A DNA stretch of 64,000 nucleotides from PVC group bacterium (GTDB taxonomy: Bacteria; Auribacterota; Erginobacteria; Erginobacterales; PUNC01). Every line of letters starts with the position of its first letter. Position 1 is the first letter of the stretch. The translations under genes and the position numbers were made by a program. This document shows positions 9,299 through 21,091 of the stretch, in pieces. The notes beneath the pieces are model-generated. The model did no database searches, had not been told where the DNA came from, and saw only the letters and a list, made by a program, of their open reading frames with translations. Where the stretch lies: assembly GCA_003551625.1 (NCBI GenBank), contig PUNC01000133.1:30013-94012 (forward strand), written 5' to 3'.

Positions 9299-11350
9299 TC
9301 AGCGGGCTCCGGCGGTGAGCAGCAGTTCGACGATATCCCGGTCCCCCTCGATCTCGGCCAGGCGGAGAGCGGTCAGGCCGTACTGCTCGGTGGCGTTGAG
9401 GTCGGCGCCGCCGGCGACCAGAAGCCGGACGATATCCTCCCGGCCGTAGAAGACCGCCCACATCAGGGCGTTCATTCCCGCCGTCTCGCCTTCCATCTGG
9501 ACGTCGAGGTCGGCGCCGCCGCGAACCAATCTTTCCGTCGCTTCCTCCCTCCCGAGGATCGAAGACCAGATCAGGGCGGTGTGTCCCTCGCCGTCTCTGA
9601 GATCCGGATCGGCGCCGGCCGCCAGCAGGGCGTCCACGGTTTCGGCGTGGTCCCCGAGAGCGGCCCAGATCAGCACGGTGGCGTCCCTGATCTCCCGCGG
9701 CTCGCGCTCCCGGTAAACGAAGGGACCGGAATACCGGAGATCGACATCGGCGCCGAACCGGATGGCGGCTCCGACCGCGCGAACGTCGCCGGCCAGGACC
9801 GCCCGGAGCAGCAACTCGTCGGGATCTGCGCTGGCGCGCAGGATCTCCTGCCCGGAGAGTCCTTCGGCGGCGGCCAGCAGGTCGGCGATCTCCCCATAAC
9901 CGGCCCGGCGGGCCAGGGCGGAGGCGGTTGCGCGGTCGGCATTGACGATCCGCGGGTCGGAGCCCGCGGCCAAAAGCCGTCTCACGATTCCCTCGTCCCC
10001 TCTCCCGGCGGCGGCCATCAGGGCGGTCTGACCGGTGTTGGAGCGCGCGTCGGCCAGGGCGCCCGCCTGAAGCAGGATCTCCACCGCTTCCGCCCGGCCG
10101 TTGAAGGCCGCCGTCATCAGCGCGGTCTGGCCGTTGCGGCTGCGGGCGTTGGGATTGGCTCCGGCCCGCAACAGCAGCCTCATCATCTCCGGATCGCCGT
10201 CGCGGGAGGCCATAATCAGCGCGGTGCCGCCCCAGTTGTCGGCCTGATTGACCTCCGCCCCGCGCGTCAGGAGCAGGTCCACCGTCTGCCGGTCCCCGTC
10301 CAGCACCGCCAGCATCAGCGGCGTCAAACCTTCCCGGTTCCGGGTATTGACATCGGCGCCGGCGTCAAGAAGGAGCGGGACCAGCGCGGAATGGCCGGAA
10401 GCGATCGCGGCGGAGAGCGGAGTGTAACCCGCCCGGTCGGCCGCCTCCAGCTCCGCGCCCGCTTCCAGCAGCAGGACCAGGGATTGCCGGTCCCCCTCCC
10501 GGGCGGCGATTCCCAGGGGGGTGACGCCGTCGCGGGAGGGCGAGTCGACCTGGGCGCCGGAAGCGATGAACTCGCTGATCAGGGCCTGATCACCCCGGGC
10601 GACCGCCCAAGACAGGGGAGTCATCCCCCGGTAGGGGCCTGATTCCATTATCACGTTGACGTCCAGGCCGGCGGCGGCGAACTCTTCCACCGCCTCCGCG
10701 TTCCCGGCGTTTATCGCCGCCATCAGGGGAGTCACCCCCTCGAAGTCCGCCGTCTCGGGGCGGGAGCCGGATCTCAAGAGAAAGGAGATGACTTCCCGGG
10801 AAGCACCCGCCTCCACCGCCTTGAACAACGAGGACTCGCCGGCCAGACACCGGAGATTGACGTCGGCGCCGAGCCCGACCAATTCTTCAACCAGCTCCAG
10901 GCGGTTGCCCCGGACCGCCAGCATCAGGGCGGTCTCGCCGGCCAGGTTGCGGGCGTCCAGTTCGGACCCGGCGGCGGACAGCGTCCGGACCAACCGGGAG
11001 GCGCCTCCCCGCACAGCCTTCATCAGGGGGGTCTCGAACTCGCGGTCGGTGGCGTTGAGATAGGCCCCTTTTTCGATCAGCAGCTCGACCACCTCCGGCT
11101 GGTTGCGAAACGCCGCCGCGTGCAGGGCGGTGTTCCAGTTCCCGTCCCGGGTATTGACGTTCATCCCCGCCCGGAGGAATAGATCGACGGCCAGGAAGTC
11201 CCCGCCGCCGGCCCGCTCCACGAAAGCGGCGGGCGCGAATTCCACTCCCATCCGGTCAAGGTCCTCCCGGGCCCTTTCCGGAGTCGGGCCGCAGCCGGAC
11301 AGAAAGAACGCAGCGGCGGCGAGGCCGGAGATAAAGCGGAACGATTTCAT
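9299..11350 (-). CDS. ankyrin-repeat lipoprotein (about 18-19 ANK repeats)
   Basis: Lipobox LSGC after signal peptide. Repeated 33-aa units G-TPL--AA--G----V--LL--GA--N throughout the 683 aa. Confidence 0.85.
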   Translation of the reverse strand: MKSFRFISGLAAAAFFLSGCGPTPERAREDLDRMGVEFAPAAFVERAGGGDFLAVDLFLRAGMNVNTRDGNWNTALHAAAFRNQPEVVELLIEKGAYLNATDREFETPLMKAVRGGASRLVRTLSAAGSELDARNLAGETALMLAVRGNRLELVEELVGLGADVNLRCLAGESSLFKAVEAGASREVISFLLRSGSRPETADFEGVTPLMAAINAGNAEAVEEFAAAGLDVNVIMESGPYRGMTPLSWAVARGDQALISEFIASGAQVDSPSRDGVTPLGIAAREGDRQSLVLLLEAGAELEAADRAGYTPLSAAIASGHSALVPLLLDAGADVNTRNREGLTPLMLAVLDGDRQTVDLLLTRGAEVNQADNWGGTALIMASRDGDPEMMRLLLRAGANPNARSRNGQTALMTAAFNGRAEAVEILLQAGALADARSNTGQTALMAAAGRGDEGIVRRLLAAGSDPRIVNADRATASALARRAGYGEIADLLAAAEGLSGQEILRASADPDELLLRAVLAGDVRAVGAAIRFGADVDLRYSGPFVYREREPREIRDATVLIWAALGDHAETVDALLAAGADPDLRDGEGHTALIWSSILGREEATERLVRGGADLDVQMEGETAGMNALMWAVFYGREDIVRLLVAGGADLNATEQYGLTALRLAEIEGDRDIVELLLTAGAR

Positions 11351-11360
11351 ATCAATACCC

Positions 11361-11966
11361 TCAACGGGTGCAGGAGTAGATCAGAACCGGGGGAAGATTC
11401 AGCAGGACAAACCGGGAATGAATATTCGCGAAGTGATTGCGCAGGCGCGGGCTTAGGTGGTAGCCCCGAAGCGTCGTGAGCGAATAGACATACTGGACAA
11501 AGACTCCGCCGACGGCGAGCAGAGGAAGGACCGCGTTTTCCAGCAGACCCTCGAAATCGAGAAACGAACAGGGAAGGGTCGAGATTATGCAGTCGACCGG
11601 GGTCCCGGCCAGCCCCATATCAAAGAGGACCCGCCGGCTTTCGAAGGCGTCCTCCCGGACTGGAAAGAAATTATCGCCGGAGACGTTCTTACTCAGGAGC
11701 CGGTAGAAACTCGCGTTCTTTTCGAAGCTCACCAGCACCGCCTCGGGCCGCTTGCGGCGGAGGATCCGGCGGGTGACCGCCCCGGAAGCGGCGCCGTATT
11801 CCAGGATGAGATTGGCCGTGCGGAAAGGAACATACCGGAACATCGCGTTGACACAGGGTCTGGAGTCGGGCGCGATCGCCCCGATCTGGCGGTAGTTGCG
11901 GCAGTATTCTTTAAGGAAGGTAAAGTAGGCCCGGGGCTGCCGGGCAAGTGTGATCGGTGCTTTCAT
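11361..11966 (-). CDS. class I SAM-dependent methyltransferase (rRNA adenine dimethylase-like fold)
   Basis: Own re-start at MKAPITLARQ... (ATG 11964-11966). Gly-rich SAM motif LEYGAASGAVT. The 496-aa track ORF 11361..12851 is a read-through artefact across lgt in another frame. Confidence 0.7.
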   Translation of the reverse strand: MKAPITLARQPRAYFTFLKEYCRNYRQIGAIAPDSRPCVNAMFRYVPFRTANLILEYGAASGAVTRRILRRKRPEAVLVSFEKNASFYRLLSKNVSGDNFFPVREDAFESRRVLFDMGLAGTPVDCIISTLPCSFLDFEGLLENAVLPLLAVGGVFVQYVYSLTTLRGYHLSPRLRNHFANIHSRFVLLNLPPVLIYSCTR

Positions 11967-12001
11967 AGCCTGTAAGGTATCATAACACGCCGAGGGGAAC
12001 T

Positions 12002-12793
12002 TCAGGATTCTTTTCTCGCGGCCGATGCCGCCAAAAGAACGGCCCCCAGCAAAATCACCGGAACGGTCAGCAGCTGCCCCATAGTCATCCATCCTCCGGC
12101 CACAAAGCCCAGATGGGGGTCGGGTTCGCGAAAAAACTCGACGGCAAATCGGAAGATCCCGTAACCCAGGCAGAACAGACCCGAGACCGCGCCCCGCCGG
12201 CGGGGCCGGGAAGAAAACACCCAGAGAATCAGGAAAAGCGCTGCGCCTTCCAGCAGGGCGTGATAAAGCTGGGAGGGGTGGCGGGGGATGGGCCCCGCGG
12301 CGGGATCGGGAAAAACCATCGCCCAGGGACCTTCCCAGGGGCGACCCCAAAGCTCGCCGTTGATGAAGTTCCCGATCCGGCCCAGGCCGATGCCCAGCGG
12401 CGCCAGGGGAACCAGAAAATCGGTCGCTTCCAGAAATCCCTTGCCCCGACGGGAGGCAAAGAGGGCGGCGGCCGCCGTCACGCCGATCATCCCACCGTGG
12501 AACGACATCCCGCCCCGCCAGAGCTGAAAGGCCAGCAGCGGATTCCGGGCCACGGAGGGCCAGTCGTAAAAGACCAGATATCCCATCCGGGCGCCGACGA
12601 TCAGGCCGATCACCAGGAAGAAGATCAGGTCGGAGACCTCGGCCGGGGCCCAGCCGGATCCCGGCTTCTTGGCGCGGCGGATGCCCAGCAGCCACGCCAG
12701 CAGGAAGCCGAATAAATACATCAGGCCGTACCAGCGCACCTGGACCGGACCCAGGGAAAAGGCGACGGGATCGATATTCGGATACGGAATCAT
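12002..12793 (-). CDS. lgt: prolipoprotein diacylglyceryl transferase
   Basis: MIPYPNIDPVAFSLGPVQVRWYGLMYLFGF..., G-R-GNFINGELWG signature, 7 TM segments. Confidence 0.9.
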   Translation of the reverse strand: MIPYPNIDPVAFSLGPVQVRWYGLMYLFGFLLAWLLGIRRAKKPGSGWAPAEVSDLIFFLVIGLIVGARMGYLVFYDWPSVARNPLLAFQLWRGGMSFHGGMIGVTAAAALFASRRGKGFLEATDFLVPLAPLGIGLGRIGNFINGELWGRPWEGPWAMVFPDPAAGPIPRHPSQLYHALLEGAALFLILWVFSSRPRRRGAVSGLFCLGYGIFRFAVEFFREPDPHLGFVAGGWMTMGQLLTVPVILLGAVLLAASAARKES

Positions 12794-12891
12794 TTCGCGG
12801 TATTGACGAGCGATTGCGACCGGACCGCTGCTTTTTGTATAATAATGGCAAGTCCGGCGGTTCTCAACCTATTACGATGAGGAGGCTGACG

Positions 12892-13191
12892 ATGTTGATC
12901 CTGATCGTTGATATTTGGGTAAAACCCGACCAGGTGGAGGATTTCATCCGCGCCACGGCCGACAATGTCCGCAACAGCCTCCGGGAGGAAGGGGTGCGGC
13001 GTTTCGACTTTGTCCGGGATAATGAAGATCCCGGCCATTTCGTCCTTTACGAGGCTTACCGCGGCGACGCCGATCACGCCCGCCATCGCGAAACCCCCCA
13101 CTACCTGAAATGGAAGGAGGCGGTGGGCGGGATGATGGCCTCCGAGCGGTCCAGCCGCAAGTACCGCCCGGCCCTGCCCGGGGAGGCCTGA
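12892..13191 (+). CDS. ABM-domain (antibiotic biosynthesis monooxygenase-like) protein
   Basis: MLILIVDIWVKPDQVEDF...FVLYEAYRGDADHARHRETPHYLKW, ferredoxin-like ABM fold pattern. GAGGAGG RBS before ATG 12892. Confidence 0.7.
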   Translation: MLILIVDIWVKPDQVEDFIRATADNVRNSLREEGVRRFDFVRDNEDPGHFVLYEAYRGDADHARHRETPHYLKWKEAVGGMMASERSSRKYRPALPGEA

Positions 13192-13194
13192 GCG

Positions 13195-14342
13195 ATGGAA
13201 TTCGAATTCGCCACCGCCGGGCGGATAATCTTTGGAGCGGGGGTTTCCGGGCGACTGGCCGAACTGGCCGCGGCCAACGGCCGTCGGCCCCTGGTCGTCT
13301 GCGGATCCAACCCCGACCGCCACGGCGAACTGCTGGATGGTCTGAAAGCAACCGGCCTGGAGTACGAGGTCTTCACGGTCGCCGGGGAGCCTTCGGTGGA
13401 GCTGGTTGACGAGGCCGCCGGCCGGGCCTGGGCCCAAGGGCGGGACTCCGTGGTGGGAATCGGCGGCGGCAGCGTTCTCGACGCCGCCAAGGCGGTCTCG
13501 GCCCTGCTCGCCAACGATGGCGGGGCTCTCGATTACCTGGAAGTGGTGGGGGCGGGAAAGAAGATCTCCCGCCCGGCCGTCCCCTTCATCGCGGCGCCCA
13601 CCACCGCCGGCACCGGAAGCGAAGTCACCCGCAACGCCGTACTCTCCGTGCCCGACCGGAAGGTCAAGGTCAGCCTCCGCCACCGGCTGATCATCCCTTC
13701 GGTCGCCCTGGTCGACCCCCTGCTCACCCGTACCCTTCCCCCGGAGCTGACCGCCGCGGCCGGGATGGACGCCCTGGCGCAGTTGATCGAGGCATTTGTT
13801 TCGCCCCGGTCCCATCCGATGACCGACGCGCTCTGCTGGGCGGGGATCAGAAGAGCGGCCGGGGCGCTCCCGGCCGCCTGGAAGGACGGCTCGGACCTTT
13901 CCGCCCGGGAGGCGATGTCGCTGGCGGCGATGCTGAGCGGAATCGGGCTGGCCAACTCCGGACTGGGCGCCGTTCACGGCCTGGCCGGACCGCTGGGCGG
14001 GCTCCTGGGCGCCCCCCACGGCGCCCTCTGCGCCCGCCTGCTGCCGGAGGTTCTGGAAAACAACCTGAAGCGGCTGCGCGAAGCGGAAGAGAAGGAGTCG
14101 GTGAAACGTTTCACCGAGCTGGCCGTCGCCCTGACCGGAAATCCCCGGGCCCGGGCCGAGGACGCGATCGAACGGACCCGGGGACTGGTCTCAAGATTCG
14201 GGATCCCGCCGCTTGCCCGCCACGGTCTCAAGGAAGAAGACATCGACGGCGTGGCCGGGGCGGCCCTGGGTTCTTCCAGCCTGAAGGGAAACCCGGTCCG
14301 GCTCGACCAGGACGAGTTGGCCGCCATTATCAAAAAAGCCCT

Positions 14343-14346
<4 letters not shown>
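13195..14346 (+). CDS. iron-containing alcohol dehydrogenase
   Basis: [12 protein letters not shown] nucleotide-binding motif, metal His residues ([13 protein letters not shown] ... GAVHGLA). Confidence 0.85.
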
Positions 14347-16376
<2,030 letters not shown>

Positions 16377-16392
16377 GGGGCCTCCGCCCGCT

Positions 16393-17607
16393 TCAGCCGG
16401 CGGTATCTTTCGCCAGCAGAAGGCGGACCTTCTCCATCACCGTTTCGACCGTTATCTTCCGCATACAGACGTTGTCCCGGCAGGGAGAGAAACGGTGGTT
16501 GAGGATATTGACGCAGGGACTGCAGGCCAGGCCGGCGCTGATCGAGACGGCATTGGGGCCGAGGGGGGCGTAAAGCAGCGGGGTCTCGGGGCCGAAGAGG
16601 GCGATCACCTTGATCGGGGTCAGGGTGGCGAAATGGCAGGGTCCGGAATCGTTGGAGACGATCAGGTCGCAGAGGGTGTAGAGGGTCAGAAGCTCCCGGA
16701 AACCGGTCTCACCGGCCAGGTTGAGGCAGCGGCCGCCGCCCCCGATGGCCGCCGCCAGCCCCTCCACCGCCGACCGCTCCCCGGTTGACCCGGTCAGGAC
16801 CAGAACCGATTCCGGCCAGGTCGAGAGAATCTCCTTTCCCAGGGCGACGAAATTTCGGTCCGGCCAGCGGCGCAGGGGGAGAAGGTCGCTGCAGTTGGCG
16901 TTGAGGATCACCCGCGGCCCCGGGCCGGCGGGCAGCCGGGCGGCCAGCGCGGCCGACTCTTCCGGCGACGGCTTGAAGGCCGGAAGCTCCTTCAGGTAGG
17001 CGGAAACATCCTCTTTGACGCGGGGGACCTGTCCCGCCGGCGCCTCCAGGGCCCGGACCAGGGAAAGAAAGGACCGGCTGATATGGTGCTGGAAGGTGTA
17101 GTTGAGCTCGACGTTGAACAGACGCCCCCGGTAGGGACCCTCGGAGGTGAAGTTGGCGTAGCCGACCCGGCGGCGGGCGCCGGTAAGCCAGGTGATCACC
17201 GCCGAGGAACGGGTCAGCCCCTCCAGGTCGACGGCGGTATCCACCCGCTCGCGCCGCAGACGGCGCCGGGACCGGATGAGGGTGACAAGAAAACGCGTAA
17301 AGTTCGAGTCGTCGATCTCGACGACGTTTCCCGGCGCGAAATACGGCAGCAGATCGGCGATCGGGCGGTTGGTCTTGAAGACCAGCAGAAAGACATTCTC
17401 CTTCCCCACCATCTCCGTCGCCAATGAGAAGGCGGAGCCGGCCAGGACCGTGGAACCCATCTCGATCAGCTTGACGAAGACGATCCGGCGGGGCCTCGGG
17501 TCCGGGGAGCGGGAAAAAAGGCGGCGGGACGCCTCGGCCAGGGTGAGCAGAAAGACGGCGGGTTTTCCCAGCCACCGGTCGAGAGCGCGTATTCTTTCAG
17601 GTCTCAT
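16393..17607 (-). CDS. glycosyltransferase family 9 (ADP-heptose:LPS heptosyltransferase-like)
   Basis: GT9 architecture and C-terminal motifs ([22 protein letters not shown]). Confidence 0.8.
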   Translation of the reverse strand: MRPERIRALDRWLGKPAVFLLTLAEASRRLFSRSPDPRPRRIVFVKLIEMGSTVLAGSAFSLATEMVGKENVFLLVFKTNRPIADLLPYFAPGNVVEIDDSNFTRFLVTLIRSRRRLRRERVDTAVDLEGLTRSSAVITWLTGARRRVGYANFTSEGPYRGRLFNVELNYTFQHHISRSFLSLVRALEAPAGQVPRVKEDVSAYLKELPAFKPSPEESAALAARLPAGPGPRVILNANCSDLLPLRRWPDRNFVALGKEILSTWPESVLVLTGSTGERSAVEGLAAAIGGGGRCLNLAGETGFRELLTLYTLCDLIVSNDSGPCHFATLTPIKVIALFGPETPLLYAPLGPNAVSISAGLACSPCVNILNHRFSPCRDNVCMRKITVETVMEKVRLLLAKDTAG

Positions 17608-17782
17608 CGGGGTTCCTCATCCGGAATAATCCGCCGCGGGAGATTCTCACGGGACGGACCACGGCCGAAAAACGGCCGGGGACGCGGTGTCGAACAGCTC
17701 CAGCGCTTTCCCGTCAGTATGCTTCTTTAGCCCTTCAGCGTAAAGCGTTTTCGTACCGGTCGTTTTTGTTTGAGAATATGTT

Positions 17783-18397
17783 ATGATTTATGGAAATAAT
17801 AAGTCAGAGCCAATGATCGCCACCCTCAGAAATATCGATATCGCCCTGTTTTTCTTCATCAACAACGGCTGGTCGACGGGGTTGATGGACGACATCTTCG
17901 TGCCCTTGAGTTCCCTGGGAAGCTGGCCGGTTCTTCTGATCACGCTGGCCCTGCTGGGCGGTCAGGGGGGGAGGCGGCTGCGCCTCCATTCCGTCTCGTT
18001 CCTGCTGGTGGGGCTGGCGACGGTCTTCATCGTGCTGAACGCCAAAAAGGCGATCGGGCTGAGAAGGCCGCTCGGGGTCTTCCGGAGAGAACTGCGGACC
18101 GGAGAGGTCGTGATCAATCTCCCCGACGGGACCACGCCCCGCCGCGGCGCCCTGCCCTCCGGCCACACCACGATGGCCTTCTTCGCCCTGGTCTACGCCT
18201 CCCGTTTCCGGGAGAAGGGGCGCTGGGCTCTCTTCCTTCTCGCCGCCCTGATCGGCATCGCGCGGATCTACACCGGCGCCCACTTCCCGTCCGACATCGC
18301 GGCGGGCGCCGCTCTGGGAACGGGCGCGGCCTTCCTGGCGGCGGTTGTCTTCCGGCGGCTGGAGACAATGAGATGGCGGACAAGCCCACCGAGCTGA
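17783..18397 (+). CDS. PAP2 family phosphatase (possible lipid A phosphatase, membrane)
   Basis: PAP2 motifs PSGHT...YTGAHFPSDIAAGAALG. Multiple TM segments. Start could be the later Met (17813). Confidence 0.75.
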   Translation: MIYGNNKSEPMIATLRNIDIALFFFINNGWSTGLMDDIFVPLSSLGSWPVLLITLALLGGQGGRRLRLHSVSFLLVGLATVFIVLNAKKAIGLRRPLGVFRRELRTGEVVINLPDGTTPRRGALPSGHTTMAFFALVYASRFREKGRWALFLLAALIGIARIYTGAHFPSDIAAGAALGTGAAFLAAVVFRRLETMRWRTSPPS

Positions 18398-19959
18398 CGC
18401 GGCGTTTCCGCCTCCGGTTCTGGTTTGTCCTGGCCGCGGTCACCGGATTGAGGCTGGCCGTGGCGGGGACCGCCGGCCTCGGGGTCGATGAGTCCCACTA
18501 TCTTCTCTTCTCCCGTCATCCGGCCTGGGGATATTTCGATCACCCTCCCCTGGTCATCCTGGCCGCGCTGCCGGCCCGGCTGCTCGTGGAAAGCCCCTTC
18601 ACCGCCCGGCTGGGGCCGATTCTGCTGGCCGCGGCGACCCTCGCTCTCTGGAGGGCCTGGGCCCTCCGGATGGGCCGGGAGGAAGCGGGGATCTGGAGAG
18701 GGGCGTTGATCCTCCACCTGCTTCCGATCTACCACCTGCTCTCCCTGGCCCTGATGCCGGACGCGCCGTTGAACCTGTTCTGGTGCCTGGCGCTCTACTC
18801 CGCCTGGCGGGCGACCGGCGAGGGACGGTGGCGGTGGTGGCTGGCCGCCGGGGCGGCGGGCGGACTGGCCGCGTTGAGCAAGTATCACGGCGCGTTGCTG
18901 ATCCCCTGCCTGGCCGGTTACCTGGCCGCTTCCCGGAAGAACCGTTTCTGGCTGGCGCGACCCCAGCCTTACCTGGCGGCCCTGACCGCGGCGGCCATCT
19001 TTCTGCCCAACATCCTCTGGAACCAGAGCCACGACTGGATATCCTACCGCTTCCAGCTCGGCCACGGCCTGGGGGGACGCTGGAGTCCTTCGATCGGGAA
19101 CGTCCTGGAGATGGTCGGCGGGCAGCTGGGGGCGGCCTCGCCGCTGGTCTTCGTCTTCCTGATCGCGGGCTGGGCGGTCCTGGCGGGGAAGCGAGACAAG
19201 TCCGAATCCGACCGTTTCCTGCTCTGGACCAGCCTCCCGGTCTTCGCCTTCTTCGCGCTCACCTCCGCCGGCGGCAAGATCCTCCCCCACTGGACATTCG
19301 TGGGCTGGTGGGCGGGCGCTCTGGCCGCGGGCGAAGTCTTCCGCGAACGCCTTCTTTGTTCGCGACGGGCGGGCGGCTGGAGGAAGCTGTGGCGCTGGGG
19401 CGCCGGGGTGGCGCTGGCGCTGATCGCCGCGATGTACCTGACGATGGTCTTCCCGGTGATCCGCCCGGTCTACCGGGCCGCCCGGAGTGTTTCCCTGGCC
19501 GTCAACCGGAGGTTTCCCGCCATCGAGCCGCTGGGGCCGTACCGCAACAAGTACGACATCACCAACGATCTCTACGGCTGGCCGGAGGCGGGGGCGAAGA
19601 CCGAACAGATCCGCGCCCGGACCGAACGCCCGGAAAAAACCTTCGTCTTCGCCCACCGCCCCTTCACCGCTTCCCAGCTCGCCCTCTACCTGGAACCGGG
19701 GACCGCGATCACGACTCTCAACCCCCGGCCCGACCAGTACCGCCTCTGGTTCGACGCCGACGCGCACCGGGGCTGGGACGCGATCTTCATCGATCACGAC
19801 CGCTACTGGCAGGGATTCGACCGTTATCTCCGGCTCTTCGAGAGCGGGGACAGCGAACCGGTCGAATTCACGGTTTACCGCGGCGGACATCCCGCTCACC
19901 GGTTCCGGGTTTACCGTTACTTCAATTTCAAGGGGAGGCCGGAGGGGATTCGTAGATGA
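18373..19959 (+). CDS. ArnT/PMT-like (GT39/GT83) undecaprenyl/dolichyl-phosphate-sugar dependent glycosyltransferase
   Basis: N-terminal loop GVDESHY (DE motif), about 12 TM segments, large periplasmic C-terminal domain. Start overlaps the PAP2 stop. Confidence 0.75.
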   Translation: MADKPTELTRRFRLRFWFVLAAVTGLRLAVAGTAGLGVDESHYLLFSRHPAWGYFDHPPLVILAALPARLLVESPFTARLGPILLAAATLALWRAWALRMGREEAGIWRGALILHLLPIYHLLSLALMPDAPLNLFWCLALYSAWRATGEGRWRWWLAAGAAGGLAALSKYHGALLIPCLAGYLAASRKNRFWLARPQPYLAALTAAAIFLPNILWNQSHDWISYRFQLGHGLGGRWSPSIGNVLEMVGGQLGAASPLVFVFLIAGWAVLAGKRDKSESDRFLLWTSLPVFAFFALTSAGGKILPHWTFVGWWAGALAAGEVFRERLLCSRRAGGWRKLWRWGAGVALALIAAMYLTMVFPVIRPVYRAARSVSLAVNRRFPAIEPLGPYRNKYDITNDLYGWPEAGAKTEQIRARTERPEKTFVFAHRPFTASQLALYLEPGTAITTLNPRPDQYRLWFDADAHRGWDAIFIDHDRYWQGFDRYLRLFESGDSEPVEFTVYRGGHPAHRFRVYRYFNFKGRPEGIRR

Positions 19960-20894
19960 AGCTCGCGCTCTTCCTTTCGCTGTTGTGCTTATTCCCGGCG
20001 CGGAAGGGTGCGGCCTCCCAACCCGATGCCGTACTGCTGCCGCCGGCGGGCGGGCGGCTCGCGGCCATCTTTCCCGACGACGTTGAAGACTACATCGCCC
20101 GGGATCCGGACGGCCGGAAACTTGAGATCCCCTACGTTCCCACCCCGATGGCCGCGGTCGTCGCCATCCTGGAGATGGCCCGCGTGGGTGAAGACGACAT
20201 CGTTTTTGACCTGGGCTGCGGCGACGGCCGGATTCCGATCGCCGCCGCCGACTACTACGGAGCCCGCGGCGTGGGAGTGGATCTCGACCCCCGCCGGATC
20301 GAGGAGTCGCTTCAAAACGCCGCGGCCGCCGGCGTCGAAGATCGGGTCGAATTCCGCGTGGCCGATGTCTTCGATACCGATTTCAGCCGCGCGACCGTAG
20401 TTACGCTCTATCTCCTCCAGGCGGTCAACCTGGAGCTGCGCCCCCTGCTTCTCGAACGGCTCCGCCCGGGAACCCGGGTGGTCTCCCATATGTTCGATAT
20501 GGGAGACTGGGAACCGGACCACAGCCTGGTGGTCTCAACCGGCGAGATCGAGGAGCACCCGCTTTACCTCTGGCTGATCCCGGCGCCCTTCGACGGTTCC
20601 TGGTCCGGCGAGATCGAGGCCGGTCCCGACCGCCTCCCCCTCGAACTCGAGCTGGAACGGGAGTTCCAGTTGCTGGCGGGCGGAATCAGGCTCGACGGCC
20701 CGGCCGCTCCGATCACGAAGGGGAGGCTTTATGGGAAGAGTGTCGCTCTGGAAGCCGAGGCCGTCGTCGAGAGCGGGAAGACCGGCCTGCGGCTGCTGGG
20801 GCGGATCGAGGGCGACCGGGCGGAAGGCCTGGCCCTGATCGAAAAGGGACGCTGGGCGGGGGCCCATCCCTGGACGGCGGCGCGTTCGCGTTGA
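19956..20894 (+). CDS. class I SAM-dependent methyltransferase with N-terminal signal peptide/anchor and unknown C-terminal domain
   Basis: VFDLGCGDGRI SAM motif I, acidic motif II (EFRVADVFD). N-terminus MKLALFLSLLCLFPA. ATGA overlap with the ArnT-like gene. Confidence 0.6.
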   Translation: MKLALFLSLLCLFPARKGAASQPDAVLLPPAGGRLAAIFPDDVEDYIARDPDGRKLEIPYVPTPMAAVVAILEMARVGEDDIVFDLGCGDGRIPIAAADYYGARGVGVDLDPRRIEESLQNAAAAGVEDRVEFRVADVFDTDFSRATVVTLYLLQAVNLELRPLLLERLRPGTRVVSHMFDMGDWEPDHSLVVSTGEIEEHPLYLWLIPAPFDGSWSGEIEAGPDRLPLELELEREFQLLAGGIRLDGPAAPITKGRLYGKSVALEAEAVVESGKTGLRLLGRIEGDRAEGLALIEKGRWAGAHPWTAARSR

Positions 20895-21091
20895 TCCGGG
20901 CCGGGGACGGGGGCCGCTCCGGCCGCCCGTCATCCTCCGCTTCGCGCCGCCTCCCCGGCCAGAGCGGCGGCGAAAGCTTCCGGATGCGCCCGGATATAGC
21001 GCTGCTGGAGCGCGATGAATGGCGCGAAAAGGAGATTATTTGTTGTCATTCTGTTTCTCAGCGCAGCGAAGGGAAGAGTCTCGATATTTTA

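Noticed and set aside
11361-12851. 496-aa ORF spanning the methyltransferase and lgt
   Set aside because: Only the C-terminal 201 aa (methyltransferase) are real. The remainder is an alternate frame of lgt.
18268-19899. 543-aa minus-strand ORF opposite the ArnT-like gene, and similar antisense ORFs (14496-16502, 12790-14019, 9581-10642, 5406-6347, 3679-4515, 4287-5192, 7209-8006, 8142-9449, 46904-48403, 48942-50051, 51362-52420, 57936-59480, 61802-63397, 16709-17575, 55973-57397, 59321-60544)
   Set aside because: All overlap genes with clear homology on the other strand or frame and have low-complexity R/G/P-rich translations. Expected consequence of about 65% GC.
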